Made by a program: the position numbers and the translations under genes
NCBI GenBank assembly: GCA_963706025.1
Contig: CAVPLM010000008.1
Span: forward strand, 32,001 to 96,000
From: an uncultured Actinomycetes bacterium
GTDB lineage: Bacteria > Actinomycetota > Thermoleophilia > RBG-16-64-13
DNA length: 64,000 nucleotides
Reading direction: 5' to 3'
Notes under the pieces: model-generated
Database searches by the model: none
What the model was told of the DNA's origin: nothing
The model's input: the letters and a program-made list of their open reading frames with translations, nothing else
In this document: piece after piece, positions 62,130 to 64,000 of the stretch
How positions within the stretch are numbered: the stretch's first letter is position 1
How the letters are laid out: each line of letters begins with the position of its first letter

Positions 62130-62300
62130 GATGCGCCTCCTCCCGTGGGTAGTATGTGTCCTCCTACTTCCCGCAATCGGGACCAGCTAACCGTCGATCA
62201 GGGCATCCGGGCACGCGAGTCCGTTTCGATCCTGCCTCTGTTGGCAGCGGTCTGTCGTGGTCCCCAGTTTCAAAGATAGGAGCCCGAACCTGAGGCTCGG

Positions 62301-63101
62301 CTACAGCCGCGCGGCCAGCGCCTGCCTCATCTCCTCGGCCGACGGGTATCGGGCGGCCGGGTCCTTCTGCAGCGCCCGCAGGACCACCTTGTCGATCCAC
62401 CCGGGCACACCGGCCCGGCGCTGGCTCGGAGGGGTGGGCGGCGTGGTCAGGTGCTTCTGGGCCACCTCGGCGGCCGAGGTGCCGTCGAACGGGACCGCTC
62501 CGGTTACCAGCTCGTACAGGATCACTCCCAGCGCGTAGACGTCGGACTGAGGGATCACCCGGTCGCTCTGGATCTGCTCCGGGCTGAGGTAGTAGGCTGT
62601 CGCCGCCGCCCGGCTCTCCCCCTCGGGCAGGATGCTGGCGATCGCCATGCCCCACCCCAGCACCTTCACCTCGTCGGACTCGGCCGAGACCAGCAGGTTG
62701 GAGGTCTTCAGGTTGCCGTGGGACACGCCCTGGGACTCGATGGCGGTCACCGCCGCGGCGGCCTGCAGGAGGTAGCGGACCGCGAGCGAAGGCTCCAGCG
62801 GTCCTCCCGCCTGGATCATGCTCTCGAGGTCGATACCCGGGATGTAGTCGCGCACCACGTAGAAGTTATCCCCGTCGCGGCCCCACGCGCTCGGGGTGAT
62901 CAGGCCGGGATGTCCGGCCACGGCCTCCAGGCGCGCGGACATGTCGGCGGCAAGCTCCGGCGACACGTCCCGCAGCACCTTCAGAACCACGACCTCCCCG
63001 CCCGGCCCCGTCGCCTGGTGCGTCTCCGCCGACCCGGCCGCATCCAGCCGCCGTCCCAGCCGGTACCCACCGACCACCACCGGCTCCCTCACTCTGCCCA
63101 T
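62301..63101 (-). CDS. Hanks-type Ser/Thr kinase domain, degenerate (possible pseudokinase)
   Basis: VVLKVL, HGNLKTSNLL, YLSPEQ, SDVYALG, RYPSAEEM. HRD reads HGN and DFG reads GWG. Confidence 0.8.
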   Translation of the reverse strand: MGRVREPVVVGGYRLGRRLDAAGSAETHQATGPGGEVVVLKVLRDVSPELAADMSARLEAVAGHPGLITPSAWGRDGDNFYVVRDYIPGIDLESMIQAGGPLEPSLAVRYLLQAAAAVTAIESQGVSHGNLKTSNLLVSAESDEVKVLGWGMAIASILPEGESRAAATAYYLSPEQIQSDRVIPQSDVYALGVILYELVTGAVPFDGTSAAEVAQKHLTTPPTPPSQRRAGVPGWIDKVVLRALQKDPAARYPSAEEMRQALAARL

Positions 63102-63498
63102 CTCGACCCCCATCCTCGAAGTTGACCTGCACGCGTCGCGAGAGACGCCGGTGCTGTCGCTCCTCCTCAGTGTAGAGGAAGACGAGACCGTCCGCCGCCT
63201 CGTCGAGCAAGCGCGGGACCTCCGTTCTCTACCCGTAATACCATCTTGCTGCCCGCCCAAGGAGGCGTCACCTTCGATCGGCCCGCCGAACCCACGCCTC
63301 TGCAACGGCGGGCCTTCGAGCTCTTGGGTGCCCCAATCCCCCCGCGCTTCACGTAGTCAGAAACCCCTCCTGGGCTTGGGCACCTTTCCCCTGCAGTTGG
63401 GCGGGTTCGGTGCGGGCGAGCGGGGGTAACTTGGGGCTAGTACGCCGGCGGCCGCTCCCAATGTGATGCAAGGGCCGTCGGGCGGCACAGGAATCGGC

Positions 63499-63930
63499 TC
63501 AGTGGCAACTACCTCCTCCGCACACTTGCCTCGCCGACATCACCGGGACACGGTCTTGGAGGAGGGCATCCACCACTTCTTTCACCGTGGGCAACTCCTG
63601 GTCGGCGTAGACCGTGATACCCATGTCGCCGAAAAACGCCAGAGGACGGGCGCCCATGCCACCCACCACGATCTCGGTTGCGCCCAGGGAGGCAAGAAGC
63701 TTCACTGGGTCGAGACACCCGCCCTCCTGATGGGGGGTATTTGCGACCACGCTCACCTTCGTCCCGCTGTCTCCGCCCACTTCGACCAGCGTGAAGAAGT
63801 CACAATGGCCGAAGTGCCCAGAGCGCTCTGCCTCAAGGCCTCCTGGGGCCAGGGAGGGCACCGCGATGGTTCTCTTTGGTTTGTTGAACGGCTCTGACAC
63901 GTGAGATTCCTTCCTGTACATGGCTGGCAT
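63499..63930 (-). CDS. NifB/NifX family (dinitrogenase FeMo-cofactor domain) protein
   Basis: SGHFGHCDFF, HQEGGC, VVGGMGARP. Confidence 0.88.
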   Translation of the reverse strand: MPAMYRKESHVSEPFNKPKRTIAVPSLAPGGLEAERSGHFGHCDFFTLVEVGGDSGTKVSVVANTPHQEGGCLDPVKLLASLGATEIVVGGMGARPLAFFGDMGITVYADQELPTVKEVVDALLQDRVPVMSARQVCGGGSCH

Positions 63931-64000
63931 ATAAGTGTTGTTAGCACTTAGCTTAGCATCTTCTCAAGGACGGTCAGGGTATTGGCTTCCGCGGAAGAAC

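Noticed and set aside
63932-63950. TAAGTG..CACTTA palindrome upstream of the NifB/NifX gene
   Set aside because: A plausible operator, but short and at the window edge with no regulator visible.

Overview
High-GC bacterial DNA; the gene content suggests an anaerobic Actinomycetota lineage such as Thermoleophilia (inference). Several frameshifts, especially in the first 1.5 kb, may be long-read errors. Bases 1-9.1 kb are fairly ordinary: a molybdoenzyme remnant, CocE hydrolase, tadA, CDF transporter, msrB, CoA transferase and a FitAB/VapBC toxin-antitoxin pair. An intact tRNA-Ser(CGA) at 9198-9287 is followed by >50 kb of unrelated accessory genes. These are punctuated every ~3-9 kb by same-orientation copies of the tRNA 3' half (15416, 22879, 25952, 31114, 40326, 43624, 47319, 55700, 60642). 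A conserved module also recurs: a GC hairpin with a T-tail, then GGCGAGTTC-GGGGGCAAGTC-GGGGGCAAACTCG. No integrase or intact transposase is visible. Two cargo genes occur twice (DUF1295, STAS). Two tRNA fragments carry a different variable-arm allele. Many junctions contain truncated gene remnants, and two small non-coding elements sit directly behind the tRNA. The best reading is an integrase-less, tRNA-anchored tandem array of small gene cassettes (integron-like); the mechanism is inferred, not shown.
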